Shown here in pieces: positions 43,263 to 44,011 of a stretch of 44,011 nucleotides of DNA. The stretch's first letter is position 1. Every line of letters begins with the position of its first letter. This DNA is from Bacteroidia bacterium (lineage in GTDB: Bacteria; Bacteroidota; Bacteroidia; AKYH767-A; OLB10). A program made the position numbers and the translations under genes. The DNA lies in contig DATEMK010000564.1 in NCBI GenBank assembly GCA_035275625.1, forward strand, positions 1 through 44,011. The letters are read 5' to 3'. Below the pieces are notes generated by a model. It saw nothing but the letters and a program-made list of their open reading frames with translations, made no database searches and was not told where the DNA came from.

Positions 43263-44011
43263 ATGCGTTTGCGTTCAGAAAACTTAGTCAAGATTTACAA
43301 AAAGAGAACTGTTGTTGACCATGTTTCTGTTTATGTTGATCGCGGAGAAATTGTCGGGCTTCTTGGTCCTAATGGTGCCGGGAAGACGACAACCTTTTAT
43401 ATGATTGTCGGGTTGATTCGTCCTGTTGAAGGGAAAATTTTTCTGGATGAAACCGATATTACCAAAGTGCCGATGTACAAACGCGCACAAAGGGGAATCG
43501 GCTATCTTGCCCAGGAAGCATCTGTATTCAGAAAATTAAGTGTGGAGGATAATATTAAAGCTGTTTTGGAAATGACCATCCTTTCAAATAACGAACAAAA
43601 CATAAAACTTGAAGCATTGCTTGATGAATTCGGATTACAGAAGGTAAGAAAAAACCGTGGCGATCTTTTATCAGGAGGCGAAAGAAGGCGCACGGAAATT
43701 GCCCGTGCACTTGCCGTAGATCCCAAATTCATTTTGCTTGATGAGCCTTTTGCCGGTGTAGATCCTATTGCGGTGGAAGATATCCAATCCATTGTTGCCA
43801 GGCTCAAATTTAAAAATATCGGTATCCTTATTACGGATCACAACGTAAATGAAACATTGTCTATTTGCGACAGGGCCTATCTCCTGATTGATGGTAAAAT
43901 CTTCAAACACGGCTCTGCCGAAGAACTGGCCGGCGATGAACAGGTGAGAAGATTATACCTCGGCCGTAATTTTGAATTGAAACGCAAGGATTACCTGCAC
44001 GAAGAAGCGGC
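43263..44011 (+). CDS. lptB: LPS export ABC transporter ATP-binding protein (partial; the 3' end is off-window)
   Basis: Not in the ORF track because no stop is reached. ATG 43263 gives [51 protein letters not shown]..., with Walker [13 protein letters not shown] signature LSGGERRR, and Walker [12 protein letters not shown]. Confidence 0.92.
   Translation, partial: MRLRSENLVKIYKKRTVVDHVSVYVDRGEIVGLLGPNGAGKTTTFYMIVGLIRPVEGKIFLDETDITKVPMYKRAQRGIGYLAQEASVFRKLSVEDNIKAVLEMTILSNNEQNIKLEALLDEFGLQKVRKNRGDLLSGGERRRTEIARALAVDPKFILLDEPFAGVDPIAVEDIQSIVARLKFKNIGILITDHNVNETLSICDRAYLLIDGKIFKHGSAEELAGDEQVRRLYLGRNFELKRKDYLHEEA

Overview
This looks like a chromosomal segment of a Bacteroidota-type genome. Evidence: rpoN, the type IX secretion translocon gene sprA next to ruvA, two cargo proteins with T9SS C-terminal sorting domains, TAnnTTTG-type -7 boxes, and no Shine-Dalgarno-like leaders. 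About 30 ORFs are ordinary housekeeping or envelope genes: PfkB kinase, xth, SET-domain protein, rpoN, asnS, B12-binding radical SAM protein, MMPL/RND exporter, rfbA, SDR epimerase, polyprenyl synthase, TMEM175-like channel, DinB, deoC, VanZ, gcvH, sprA, ruvA, AhpD-like protein, DUF5686-like protein. A partial lptB runs off the right edge and is missing from the ORF track. The window opens inside the 3' end of a tRNA gene. The accessory part lies at about 31.6-40.1 kb, between ruvA and the AhpD-like gene. It contains (i) a roughly 500-bp array of 21-bp units in perfect phase, with one reading frame almost open and encoding heptads; (ii) a visibly AT-rich core (about 32.45-37.3 kb) with a 480-aa protein that carries a fold-type-II PLP-enzyme motif in which the Schiff-base Lys reads Asn, and a divergent two-gene operon (exported protein plus a CHASE2-like sensor with no output domain); (iii) small orphan ORFs or gene remnants and a secreted right-handed beta-helix protein. 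No integrase, transposase, CRISPR array or known defence gene is recognisable. A second window-wide oddity: many intergenic leaders are built from phase-locked 7-nt (sometimes 8-nt) stutter repeats drawn from a small set of recurring words. All family assignments come from motifs read by eye and need HMM or structure confirmation.
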